From assembly GCA_964016885.1 (NCBI GenBank), contig OZ024748.1:32860001-32924000 (forward strand): 64,000 nt of DNA. Direction: 5' to 3'. This document shows positions 1-12,654 of the stretch, piece by piece; position 1 is the first letter of the stretch; each line of letters starts with the position of its first letter. The notes under the pieces are model-generated. The model searched no databases. It saw nothing but the letters and a program-made list of their open reading frames with translations, and was not told the DNA's origin. The translations under genes were made by a program, and so were the position numbers. Source of the stretch: Eledone cirrhosa (lineage: Eukaryota).

Positions 1-932
<932 letters not shown>

Positions 933-933
933 T

Positions 934-2046
934 AAGAAATACTTATGAAAAACTCTTAATTGCTAGTGCTAACTCCTTCGTAAAAAGGGATTAGATGGCA
1001 TGCTTTCCACTATGATATTAATAGGAATAGGACTGACCCCAAGCATAGAACTCCTTTCAATAACTTTGACTTCAAAACTTATAAGAGCCCACCACATAAT
1101 GTTCTATTAGATAATTTTGAAAATGACTTACTTTCACTTGTCAAAAATATTAAGTATAGGCCATATAATAGACATGGAAATTATAATAAGTTTGACAGGT
1201 TCCAGTCTAGACTTAAAAATATTGTTAAGGGTTTTAGAGCGAATAAGTCTATTCTTGTCCCGGCTGATAAGACTAAGAATCTATACTCTATGGATTACAG
1301 GGCTTACCGTAATTTTATTTATAAGGAGCTGCATAGAAATTATAAAAAGACTACGCAGGATAATTTGAACCATATCAATAGTGAGGGTCTTAAGATAGGG
1401 AATTGAATTAAGAATGCATATACCCTAATGCATATACCAGCAGGCTACCAGCATTGTTGTTATTCAGTAGCAGTGAAAATCTCCTTCTTCCTTAATTGAC
1501 ACTTTATAATTAATACTACTACACCAAACGACCAGCCCTGTCCATTGTTCAATTGGTCAAGTATAGATTAAAATAGGCACTCCCAAAAATTCTGATTTAG
1601 ATAAAATAAACCATATACTCATTGTATTCTCATTAGAAACCCTTTATATACTTGTTTACCAGTAAATTGAATTGCCATCTGTCATATACTATCCCCTCTC
1701 TTCTTCCTTTATTAAAACTAATATAAATACTTCAATTTTTCTGATTTTTTCCAATTTATCCAATATCTCTGATGAAGTGACAACTGATTATACATTTGCT
1801 ATCGAATATTTGCTAACATTATATGATTACGCAAGCAGCGATACATAGGTATTCCGTCTGTTACAGAAAGATATGTCAATACCTAAGAAATTCCTTTTTA
1901 AAAAAAAAGCACTTTCATTTTATATTCCTCTTTTCTACATTTACTCCGGAATATAATTTATACTCATTGAGCAAACCTACACGTACGCTGTTCATCTCTA
2001 ACGTAACGATATATTATCACTACATTATTGATAACCTGAAATTTTA
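934..2046 (+). mobile_element. Internally deleted Penelope-like (Naiad-type) retroelement: N-terminal coding remnant plus 3' pLTR
   Basis: Manual translation of ~990-1405 gives IRWHAFHY...FDFKTYKSPP...LDNFENDLLSLVKNIKY...FQSRL...VPADKTKNLYSMDYRAYRNFIYKELHRNYKK, matching HSDKTGNLYHMDIEDYNEFIYKELRKNYKK of the 12655-14784 ORF. A degenerate hammerhead lies at ~1764-1881, and the last ~30 bp (ttatcactac..ttgataacctgaaatttt) is repeated at 111-141. Confidence 0.75.
1764..1881 (+). ncRNA. Degenerate type I hammerhead ribozyme
   Basis: CTGATGA (1769) a-gtgaca...~80 nt...tgttac-a GAAA gatatg TC aata. Stems I and III are imperfect; layout matches the 6282-6401 motif. Confidence 0.5.
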
Positions 2047-2056
2047 TATATATATG

Positions 2057-2177
<121 letters not shown>

Positions 2178-2179
2178 GT

Positions 2180-5093
2180 ATCATCATCATCAACGTTTAA
2201 CGTCCGTGTTCCACGCTTGCATGGGTTTGGACAGGGGTAGTCCCACTTGAGGCAAGAGTGATTGTCTTGCTCGCATAGGACTGTCTGGCAGGTTTTCTAC
2301 AGTTGGATGCCCTTCCTAACACCAACCACATTTACAGTGTGGGTCTGGGAGGTTTTTACCGTGTTGCCTACACGGCCACATTACAGCGTGGACTGTGTGT
2401 TTTTTTGTCGTGACACCTACACGATCTCATTTGTTTCGGCCTCGATGGCGCGGCACCAACATAACTTTACATAGAACGGGGTGGTGTGGATGGGGTGGGG
2501 GTGGTGGTGGTGGGACGGGGTGTATTTTGTTAGAGATGCCTACTGGCTGGAGTAGGTTTTACTATATATTTAGGTAAGGCGGGTCTTCTCTGTTACTGAG
2601 TACCGCCAAAGGTCTCGGTCCAGTGACATTGACTTGGAGAGGTGTAAGTGTGTGATGTCGGAGTTTATCAGCTCGTCCCAGGTTTTTCTAGGTCTGCCTA
2701 TTCCGTGACTACCGTCTATCTTTATTGCCCTGCACTTTGTTATACAGCTATCGACTTTCATGCGCATCACGTGTCCATACCAACGTAGCCTTCTCTCGAG
2801 TAAACAACATCTGATCCCTCTTATCTCTAATTTTTTCCTTAGTTCGTTTATGCTTTGCCGTTCACGTATATTACTGTTACACATCCAGCGGAGCATGCAA
2901 GCTTCGTTCCTCTCTAGTCTGCGTATATCCTCTGCACACAATGCCCAGGTCTCACTGCCATGCAGCATTGCTGTTCGTATGCAGGCTTCGTACAACCTGC
3001 CTTTCATTTTTAGGGAGAACCCTTTAGCAGCTAATAGTGGTATAAGCTCTCTGAACTTTTTCCAACCAGTTCTGACTCTAGCTACAGTACTTTCAGAGCA
3101 CCCTCCCCCACTGCTGATTTTATCGCCCAGGTAACGGAAGCTGTCCACTATTTCTATAGAACCCTCTGCGCAATTGAAAGAGCTAGTATTTTGTGGGCAC
3201 TTGCTGCTACTTATTGCACCAGAACACCGGCCACATGTAAAATCTATGTTCTTAGTTAGCTTACCTGTGATCCCACTACATCTTTTATGCACCCATACTT
3301 TGCATTTAGGACATAAAATGGAGTTTCTACCTACGCCTTTCCTACACACCAAGCACGACCATTTCCCAGAAGGGACCGCCGCCTTGTTTTCTTTCCTACA
3401 AACTAGTACTTTTGTCTTAGCCAGGTTAATTTTAAGTCCTTTTGACTCTAGGCCGTGCTTCCATGTTTGGAATTTCTTCTCTAGCTCGGCCATTGATTCA
3501 GCTATGAGTGTCAGGTCGTCTGCGTATAGGAGTTCCCATGGGCAGCCTGTCTTGAACTCCTCTGTTATAGCCTGAAGGACAATAATAAATAGTAGGGGGC
3601 TGAGAACAGAGCCCTGATGGACGCCAACTTTTACGCTAAACTCTTCACTATATTCGTTGTTAATTCTAACCTTGCTGACTGTTTCTTTATACATGGCTTG
3701 TATAGCCCTCACAAGCCATTCGTCAACGCCTAGTTTTCTAAGAACCCACCAGATAATGGAGCGGGGGACTCTGTCGAAGGCTTTCTCCAAGTCGACAAAA
3801 GCTAAGTAGAGGGGTTTACCTTTAGCTAGGTACTTCTCCTGTAGTTGTCGTACTATGAAAAGAGCGTCTGTGGTACTTTTGCCTGACACAAACCCGAACT
3901 GCATTTCATCTAGGTCAATTCTCTCTCTGATTAGTTGCGCTATTACTTTTTCCGTGACCTTCATGACCTGGTCGATTAATTTAATGCCTCTATAGTTACT
4001 CCTATCTAGGGCGTCTCCTTTACCCTTATAACAGTTAACGATGATGCTGCTATGCCAGTCCTTCGGAACAACCCCATTCTGTACGACTTGGTTAACTATG
4101 CGGGTGACCATGGTGTGTCCCACCGTGCCAGATGCCTTCAGCATCTCAGCAACTATTTCCGAAGGCCCAGCCGCCTTACCCGTCTTCATATCCTTGATTG
4201 CCTTACTTATTATACTCCCCTCGACTAACACTGCTGGTCCCTCTATTGGGTCGATATGGGGGAGACTGTCTTTCTCCCATTTATTCTCCTCATTTAGTAG
4301 CCTTTCATAGTGACACTTCCAAGCTACCTTCTTATCAGCGTCGGTGATGGCAAGTGTGCCATCGTCGTTTAGTACACACTTCTCCCCGACAATATCACGG
4401 TTTTCCTTGACGCATTGCCTAGCAATCCTGAACACCTCACGTTTTTGGTCATCGCGTTGTAGAACATGCTTGAACTTTCTTTCCTCAGCTTCCCTTCTTG
4501 CTAAGTACACTTGTCTCCTAGCTTCCCTCCTGGCCACTTGATAGTCTTCTCTACTTCCCCCATCCCGCCATACTTTCCAAGCCTGCTTTTTGGCCTTAAT
4601 TGACCCCTCCACCTTACTGTTCCACCACCATGTTACTCTCCTCCTGCCTACAGGCCTGCTCCAGCCACAGACTTCGTCTGTCGCCAACAGCAGGTTTGCT
4701 TTCAGAAATTCCCACTCTCCCTCTATATTGTCCGACTCTAAATGTTCTTCCTTACTGTCGAAAGCATCAAGTAATATGCTTTGAAATTTATTCCTGGCTG
4801 TGGGGTCCTTTAGCTTCCATATTTTTCTCCTGAGGATAGTCCTCTTCTGCTGTCGAGTACGTCTCGTCCTGACTATGAGGTCGCTAATTATCAGTCTATG
4901 TTGGGAGGTGCATTCTTCATGGGGGAGGGATTTAGTGTTTACAACAGACACTCTGTCACGTCTTCTGGTAAGGATATAATCTACCTGGCTTGTGTGTTCC
5001 CCGGATCTATAGGTGATCAGGTGATTGTCACGTTTTTTGAAGTTAGTGTTACAGATAGTTAGGTTATTTGCATCACAGAATTCCAGGATTCTG
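2180..5093 (-). mobile_element. RTE-clade LINE, family A, 5'-truncated
   Basis: 793-aa ORF 2570-4951 with RT motifs (NYRGIKL, QFGF, AFVDLEKAFD, GVHQGSVLSP, LYADD, YLG) and RTE C-terminus ([15 protein letters not shown]). AP-endonuclease remnant continues to ~5090; (GAT)n tail at 2180. Confidence 0.95.
2570..4951 (-). CDS. RTE reverse transcriptase ORF (APE C-terminus + RT + PHD-like finger)
   Basis: Uninterrupted 793 aa in the ORF track with canonical non-LTR RT domains 0-7. Confidence 0.9.
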   Translation of the reverse strand: MSVVNTKSLPHEECTSQHRLIISDLIVRTRRTRQQKRTILRRKIWKLKDPTARNKFQSILLDAFDSKEEHLESDNIEGEWEFLKANLLLATDEVCGWSRPVGRRRVTWWWNSKVEGSIKAKKQAWKVWRDGGSREDYQVARREARRQVYLARREAEERKFKHVLQRDDQKREVFRIARQCVKENRDIVGEKCVLNDDGTLAITDADKKVAWKCHYERLLNEENKWEKDSLPHIDPIEGPAVLVEGSIISKAIKDMKTGKAAGPSEIVAEMLKASGTVGHTMVTRIVNQVVQNGVVPKDWHSSIIVNCYKGKGDALDRSNYRGIKLIDQVMKVTEKVIAQLIRERIDLDEMQFGFVSGKSTTDALFIVRQLQEKYLAKGKPLYLAFVDLEKAFDRVPRSIIWWVLRKLGVDEWLVRAIQAMYKETVSKVRINNEYSEEFSVKVGVHQGSVLSPLLFIIVLQAITEEFKTGCPWELLYADDLTLIAESMAELEKKFQTWKHGLESKGLKINLAKTKVLVCRKENKAAVPSGKWSCLVCRKGVGRNSILCPKCKVWVHKRCSGITGKLTKNIDFTCGRCSGAISSSKCPQNTSSFNCAEGSIEIVDSFRYLGDKISSGGGCSESTVARVRTGWKKFRELIPLLAAKGFSLKMKGRLYEACIRTAMLHGSETWALCAEDIRRLERNEACMLRWMCNSNIRERQSINELRKKLEIRGIRCCLLERRLRWYGHVMRMKVDSCITKCRAIKIDGSHGIGRPRKTWDELINSDITHLHLSKSMSLDRDLWRYSVTEKTRLT

Positions 5094-5096
5094 GAG

Positions 5097-5179
<83 letters not shown>

Positions 5180-5183
<4 letters not shown>

Positions 5184-5656
5184 TATTTTCCGTTGTGTTG
5201 TAATATAAATATTACACACAGTAGATTATCAGCTCACGTAGAGTTTGCTCGACGGTTCCAGTTGTAGTTCCAAAAGTAATCTGGAGAAAAAATAGAAAGA
5301 TTTGAATGGATACAGTGAACGAACATTATTCTGCCATCACAGAACTAAAACCCTTTTTTCCCACTACGAGCCGAATATTACATAAAAGAGGGACATCCCC
5401 CAACTATATAAACCTTAATCTAGTTAGAAAAATATAAAAACAATCTCTTCTCAACATATATTAATAACCTTAAATTACCACACTAATAATGGAAAGATAT
5501 GCTGATGAGAATAGGTACAAATATGCGATAATGAATGTGTCTAAAAACGTCCATAAGTATGTATATATATGTGAAAATGTATATAAATAAGTAAATATAT
5601 ATATATATGTTTGATGTGTATAGTTAGATGTAAGTGTATTCATGTATTAAAGTGCT

Positions 5657-5716
<60 letters not shown>

Positions 5717-6440
5717 GTGTATGTATATATGTGTATATGGATGTGTATGTATGTGTATGTGTGTACACATGGACTAGAGTATGTATGTATATATGTGTGT
5801 GTCTATACGTGTGTATATAAAGATAAGTTGAGTATGAAAATGTATACACATGAGCGCGTATGTATGTACATGAATACATGTGTGTATATATATGTGTATG
5901 CATGTGTATATATATGTAAGTATGAATATGTGAATTGTGAGTATATGTATTTTGTAGAGGTGTGCAAATATATTTGTTTGTGAATGCGTGGGTGAAAGGA
6001 TACGTACACTTGAAAGAAAAATTTAAGTCTGAATGTTAATTAAGTGCAAACACAAAACCAACCACGCATATCTTTACTATCTCTAATCCTTCTATAGATT
6101 TAGAAAAATAACCAATAATATATTCTATAAAAAATGTCAAAACAACAGATGGGAATCTAATTACTCACTGCCACCAAGAATTCTCACTGCTATCGAAAAA
6201 CCACTCCTTCAACTATTCTTCTAACAACTTCACCCCTCCCTCCTAATATTCTCTATAAAAACTAATAGGTCCTCAGTAATATTATTCTGATGAAATGACA
6301 GTAAATAATAACATTGAAATATTGAATGTCTGCATAACTAAAAGTTTGTAGATAGCAGCTGTTTTAGGTTATGTAACTGTTATAGAAACACGTGTCAATA
6401 AATTCCTTTCAACTAAACTGTATCCATTCAAATCTTTCTA
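5180..6440 (+). mobile_element. 3' fragment of a Penelope-like element (C-terminal remnant, microsatellite-bearing UTR, hammerhead)
   Basis: ~5299-5383 translates DLNGYSERTLFCHHRTKTLFSHY, resembling LLNKRQELIISCNHKLRKTFKYY of the Naiad ORF end. Intact hammerhead at 6282-6401; flanked by (TA)n. Confidence 0.55.
6282..6401 (+). ncRNA. Type I hammerhead ribozyme with long stem II loop
   Basis: ttatt CTGATGA a atgacagt ...~73 nt... actgttat a GAAA cacgtg TC aataa: stem I ttatt/aataa, stem II atgacagt/actgttat, palindromic stem III, GUC cleavage triplet. Confidence 0.85.
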
Positions 6441-6448
6441 TATATATA

Positions 6449-6505
<57 letters not shown>

Positions 6506-6520
6506 GTATATATATATATG

Positions 6521-6610
<90 letters not shown>

Positions 6611-6613
6611 ATA

Positions 6614-6698
<85 letters not shown>

Positions 6699-6831
6699 AT
6701 ATATATATATATATATATATGGATATATATATATATGTATATATATATTATATATATGTATATATATATATGTATATAATATTATATATATGTATATATA
6801 TATAATATATATGTGTATATATATATACGTG

Positions 6832-6888
<57 letters not shown>

Positions 6889-6905
6889 GTGTATATATAT
6901 ATCAG

Positions 6906-6939
<34 letters not shown>

Positions 6940-6941
6940 TG

Positions 6942-6972
<31 letters not shown>

Positions 6973-7011
6973 GATATTAATAAATGGAAACTATATTTAT
7001 AAAACCATATT

Positions 7012-7076
7012 TATTTCATTATACATATTTCAGGGATACCAAATTAAATTATGGTATGCTTTCATCAGACAAAATA
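7012..7076 (-). ncRNA. Type I hammerhead ribozyme (pLTR family also at 29746, 42093, 47378, 61301, 61575)
   Basis: Minus strand: tattttgt CTGATGA aag catacc...ggtatc cct GAAA tatgta TA atgaaata. Confidence 0.75.
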
Positions 7077-7502
7077 CAATATGTAACAGTTTTACAAATA
7101 AGGTTTGACGTACCCTTTTAAAATGCAACCATTATTTTTGGAAGCCATCAGGATAGTGATAAAATAAAGTACCAGTAATGCACTGGATAATTGCTGGCCT
7201 TGTGCCTAAAGTAGAAACAATTATTCTAATAAGTCTTAGTGTTAAGGACAATTAGAAAAAGACGGAGAGAAAGAAAAAAGACGGAGAGAGAGAAAAAAGA
7301 AATATCGGAGAGAGAGAAATGCATGGAGAAAAAAGAAAGAAAGAGATAAATAAATAAAGACAGGAGGAAAGAAAGAAAAAAAGAAAAAAGGAAGAAATAA
7401 GAAAAAACATATATATATATATTTGTATATATATATATATATATATATATAAGTATATATATATATATATATATATATGTACATATGTATATATATATAT
7501 AA

Positions 7503-7554
<52 letters not shown>

Positions 7555-7570
7555 TATATATGTACATATG

Positions 7571-8437
7571 TGAAACCCTGATTCCGTCAGGGAATGGCCA
7601 TGTTCGATATGCAGAAAAGGAACTGGCATAAATTCTATAAAATGCACACAATGCAGGTCCTTGGTGCACAAGAGATGTAGCGGGATAGCAGGCAAACTAA
7701 CAGGTAGGGAGAAATATGTATGCAGTAGATGAACAGGGAAATTAGACAGTAGAAGTCGCACTGATAGACACATTTTTCAAATGCGAGAGGGCGCTATAGA
7801 AGTGGTGGATAGCTTCCGGTACCTAGGAGATCAGATTAGCATGGGAGGAGGGTGTTCCGAGGCCATAGTATCTAGAAAAAGGACGGGTTGGAAGAAGTTT
7901 AGGGAGCTGCTTCCTCTGTTGACGAAGAAGGGTTTCTCCCTGCGTACGAAAGGCCGGTTGTATGATGCCTGTTTGAGGAGCGCGATGCTGCATGGTAGTG
8001 AGACATGGGCAGCAACCGCAGAGGATATGCGACGGCTGGAGAGAAATGAGGCAAGCATGCTCCGTTGGATGTGCAGTGTAAATGTGCGTGAACGACCCAG
8101 CATAAATGTGTTGAGAGAGAAACTGTGTCTGAGAGGGATAGAATGTAGTGTACGGGAGAGGAGACTGAGGTGGTATGGACATGTGATGCGCATGGTGGAT
8201 GACCGATGGGTGAAGAAGTGCCAGGAAATGCCAGTTGAAGGAAGACGTGGTAGAGGTAGACCACGAAAAACATGGGCGGAGGTGGTGAGAACAGACCTCA
8301 GAGCATTGAAGCTCACGGTGGAGATGACGAGCGACGACGAGCGACCGTGACGAGTGGAGAGATGCTGTGCTGAATAAGACCCATCCCACCCTTGCAAGCA
8401 GGGAAAAGCGGACGTAAAATGATGATGATGATGATGA
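7571..8437 (+). mobile_element. RTE LINE family B, 3' fragment
   Basis: PHD-like Cys region with an in-frame stop, ORF 7781-8350 ([22 protein letters not shown]) and tail cccacccttgcaagcagggaaaagcggacgtaaaa(tga)n. Confidence 0.92.
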
Positions 8438-8445
8438 TATATGTG

Positions 8446-8489
<44 letters not shown>

Positions 8490-8527
8490 TATATATATAT
8501 ATATATGTACATATATATATATATATA

Positions 8528-8593
<66 letters not shown>

Positions 8594-8750
8594 TATATAT
8601 ATATGTATATATATGTACATATATATATATATATATATATATGTACATATATATATATGTATATATATGTACATATATATAAATGTATATATATGTACAT
8701 ATATATATATATATATATATGTACATATATATATATATATATATATGTAC

Positions 8751-8818
<68 letters not shown>

Positions 8819-8953
8819 GTATATATATGTATATATATATATGTATATATATATATGTATATATATGTATATATATGTATATATATATATATGTATATAT
8901 ATATATGTATATATATGTATATATATGTATATATATATATATGTATGTATATA

Positions 8954-9027
<74 letters not shown>

Positions 9028-9231
9028 CATATATGTAGATAAATCTACCAAGAGTTTACGGTAGTGTCCAATCCGTATGAAGAACTCAATGTAATCAGGA
9101 TATCATGGAAAGAAGAGATGCAATGAAATATCACTTTCGGTGAAAGATAAACGGAATACAGAGTCAAGATAAAATATTAAAAAAATAATGAATAAAACAA
9201 TGAAACAGTTCCTTATATTAAACAAAAAACG

Positions 9232-9385
9232 TTCATTATTTAACGATCGTTTCTAGGATATATATGTGTTAGAATTGGCATGCATATTCAACAGATCTAT
9301 GTACAAAATTATACAAAATTATACAAACTATCAAAATTAAATATACATACCAACACATATATATGCCGTCTTCAGAAATAATGAA
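9232..9385 (-). ncRNA. Type I hammerhead ribozyme (left arm pLTR)
   Basis: Reverse complement of the 19873-20026 motif. Confidence 0.85.
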
Positions 9386-9968
9386 ATATATTTATTGATA
9401 ATAACAACAATTCAAAATTACAGGTCTGTTTGGGAACAGAGTTCAAATTGACCAATGAAAATACAAAAAGTTTATACAGTTAGGTGTGTGTATATATGTA
9501 ATTAACTTCGTTCACAGATATGCATAAAGATATATGTTCACATGCATACGCATGCCAAAAAGATGTATGTAAATACAAAAATTCAAGGCTAATGTCTCTG
9601 TATGTTTATAATCTACAGATAAAATACGTATAAAAACAAATATACACACACATTCATATACCCACATATATACGTACATTCACACACACACGCGCGTATA
9701 CGCATAAACATACACACAACCACGAACATACATACACACACACACCCTCACACACATATATATGTGTATATACTATTATCATAAGCATATGGACATTAAT
9801 GCGCGCACATAAACACTGCCACACATATTTAGATCCAGATACAGAAAGTAGGTGGGGGGGGGGGAGAGGTCAGTATTTAGCGGTGTCAGCAAGCTGCCTA
9901 TTTATAAATGTATCTATAAATTTAGAAATAAAAAGAAAAGAAAAATAAAAAAGAAATATATCAAGAAA

Positions 9969-10000
<32 letters not shown>

Positions 10001-10033
10001 AGTAAAATATAAAATATACATCGATATACATAC

Positions 10034-10084
<51 letters not shown>

Positions 10085-10297
10085 CACATACATACACATA
10101 TACATAAACACATACATACACATACATATACATACACACACCATATAAATACGCATACACATACACACACGCATACATATAGAGACACATACATATACAC
10201 ATATAAATACATAGACATATACACACATACAGACATATATATATATATAGACACACATACACGCATACATATATATATATATATACATACATTCACA

Positions 10298-10328
<31 letters not shown>

Positions 10329-10397
10329 CATATACACATATCTAGACACATATATAAACACACTCATGTATATACACACATACACATACATACCCAC

Positions 10398-10447
<50 letters not shown>

Positions 10448-10455
10448 AAACACAT

Positions 10456-10506
<51 letters not shown>

Positions 10507-10599
10507 TATATATATATATACACACACATACATACACACACATACACATACACATATATAAAGATATATATACACACATACACACACATATAATAAATA

Positions 10600-10665
<66 letters not shown>

Positions 10666-11196
10666 TACACACATATATACTCACAAACACATACACACAT
10701 ACATATACGCATATATACACATACATACACATCCATGTATGCGTATATACATACAAACACCACCACACGCTCACACAACTCAGACATACATAAATAAAGG
10801 GATATACATACACATATATACATATATAAATAGAGATACATATACACATATAAATATATACACACGTACACACGCAAACACACATACATATATATACACA
10901 CACATACACATATACACATACATACATATATATATATATATACATATATATACACATATATACATATATACTTACATACATATACACATATATATACATA
11001 TATATAAAAAAATAAAGAAATAAAATAAATAAATAAATAAATAAATTAATACACTCAGTCAGACAAATATGCACACACATACACATACATATATATATAT
11101 ATACACATACACACACATATATATACACATATATATATATATATATACACATACATACATATATATATACACATACACACATCAACTACAAATATA

Positions 11197-11254
<58 letters not shown>

Positions 11255-11423
11255 TATATATACACACACACTCACATATACATGCGCACATACGTACATA
11301 TATACACATACACACATATACACATAGACATATACATGTGCATACATATACATACACTCATATACCCACATAAATACATAGATACATATATATATATAGA
11401 TACACATACTCACACATATATAT

Positions 11424-11472
<49 letters not shown>

Positions 11473-12133
11473 ATCATACACCCTTATTTACATGCGCACA
11501 TATGTATTTTTATACTCACATACAAACACCCAAACATACATACCTACCTACATATACATACATACATCCACGTTTACAAATACAAATAATAATAGTAGGG
11601 GGGAGGGGGGGGGGATTATAGAAGATATAGGTTTCAAGAAACATAGAATATTAATCTGCATTTAGATCATAATATGCGTTTACATAGTAGTTTCAGTATT
11701 AGGAAATGTAAGAAAGAAGGCAAAATTATGCATTTCAATATAAGTATACCATTAATTATAGGTTAACTAAATTAAAGATAGTTAATATATTGATTTCTAA
11801 GGTGTATACTACTTAGGTTTATAATATTTGAAGCGGAATTTTGAAGTTAAATAGTAGTAGAGTATTAATTATAGTATAACTAAATTAAAATTATTAACGT
11901 TATGGTATCAATATTAGGAAATGAATTTAGTAATAGGGAAAAAACAAATAAAGTATTACATCGGTAGTAGAATATAAATTATAGGTTAATTAAATTAAAA
12001 ATTATATATTAATTTCTATAGTATATGTTAATTAGGTTTATAATAATTAAAACAGATATTGTATTTTATCCATAGTAGAATATAATTATAGGTAAACAGA
12101 AATTAAAATTAATACATACACATATACATATAC

Positions 12134-12172
<39 letters not shown>

Positions 12173-12654
12173 AATACACATACATATACATATTTTTTCA
12201 AAAATTGCAAAGAATATATTAACTAGGTATACATCCAAAACCTATCTCAGTCTATGATTACATGACACTCTGCAATCCATCTGTATTAGGATATTGATTT
12301 TAAGCAAATTAAATTAAGTTTTTAGGTTAACCAAATTTAAAACCAAATTATAAATATATTTCTAAAATGTACATTAATTAGGTCTATAATACTAAAAATT
12401 ATTTCTCTGTCATTGAATACACGATATTTTGTTATATTTTATCTGTAAAGGAATTTTAATAAAAGGTTAAATAAATTAAAATTAATCTATAAATTAATTT
12501 ACGAAGTATATATTAGTAATATTTAAAAGTGTTTCACTATTTATGATTACACAATATTTTATAATCTCATCTGTAGTAGAATTTTAATTAAATTAAATTT
12601 ATAGGTTAACTAACATTTAAATTAAAATATATATTAATTTCTAGAATAATGTTA

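Noticed and set aside
2760-4833. Plus-strand ORFs overlapping the RTE (and equivalents at 38865-39806, 42799-44528, 51467-52207)
   Set aside because: Antisense shadows of the RTE coding sequence with no independent motifs.
5501-5540. CTGATGA at ~5502 (also ~33060, ~35083, ~58483) as hammerheads
   Set aside because: No matching stem II-GAAA-stem III and no complementary stem I were found.
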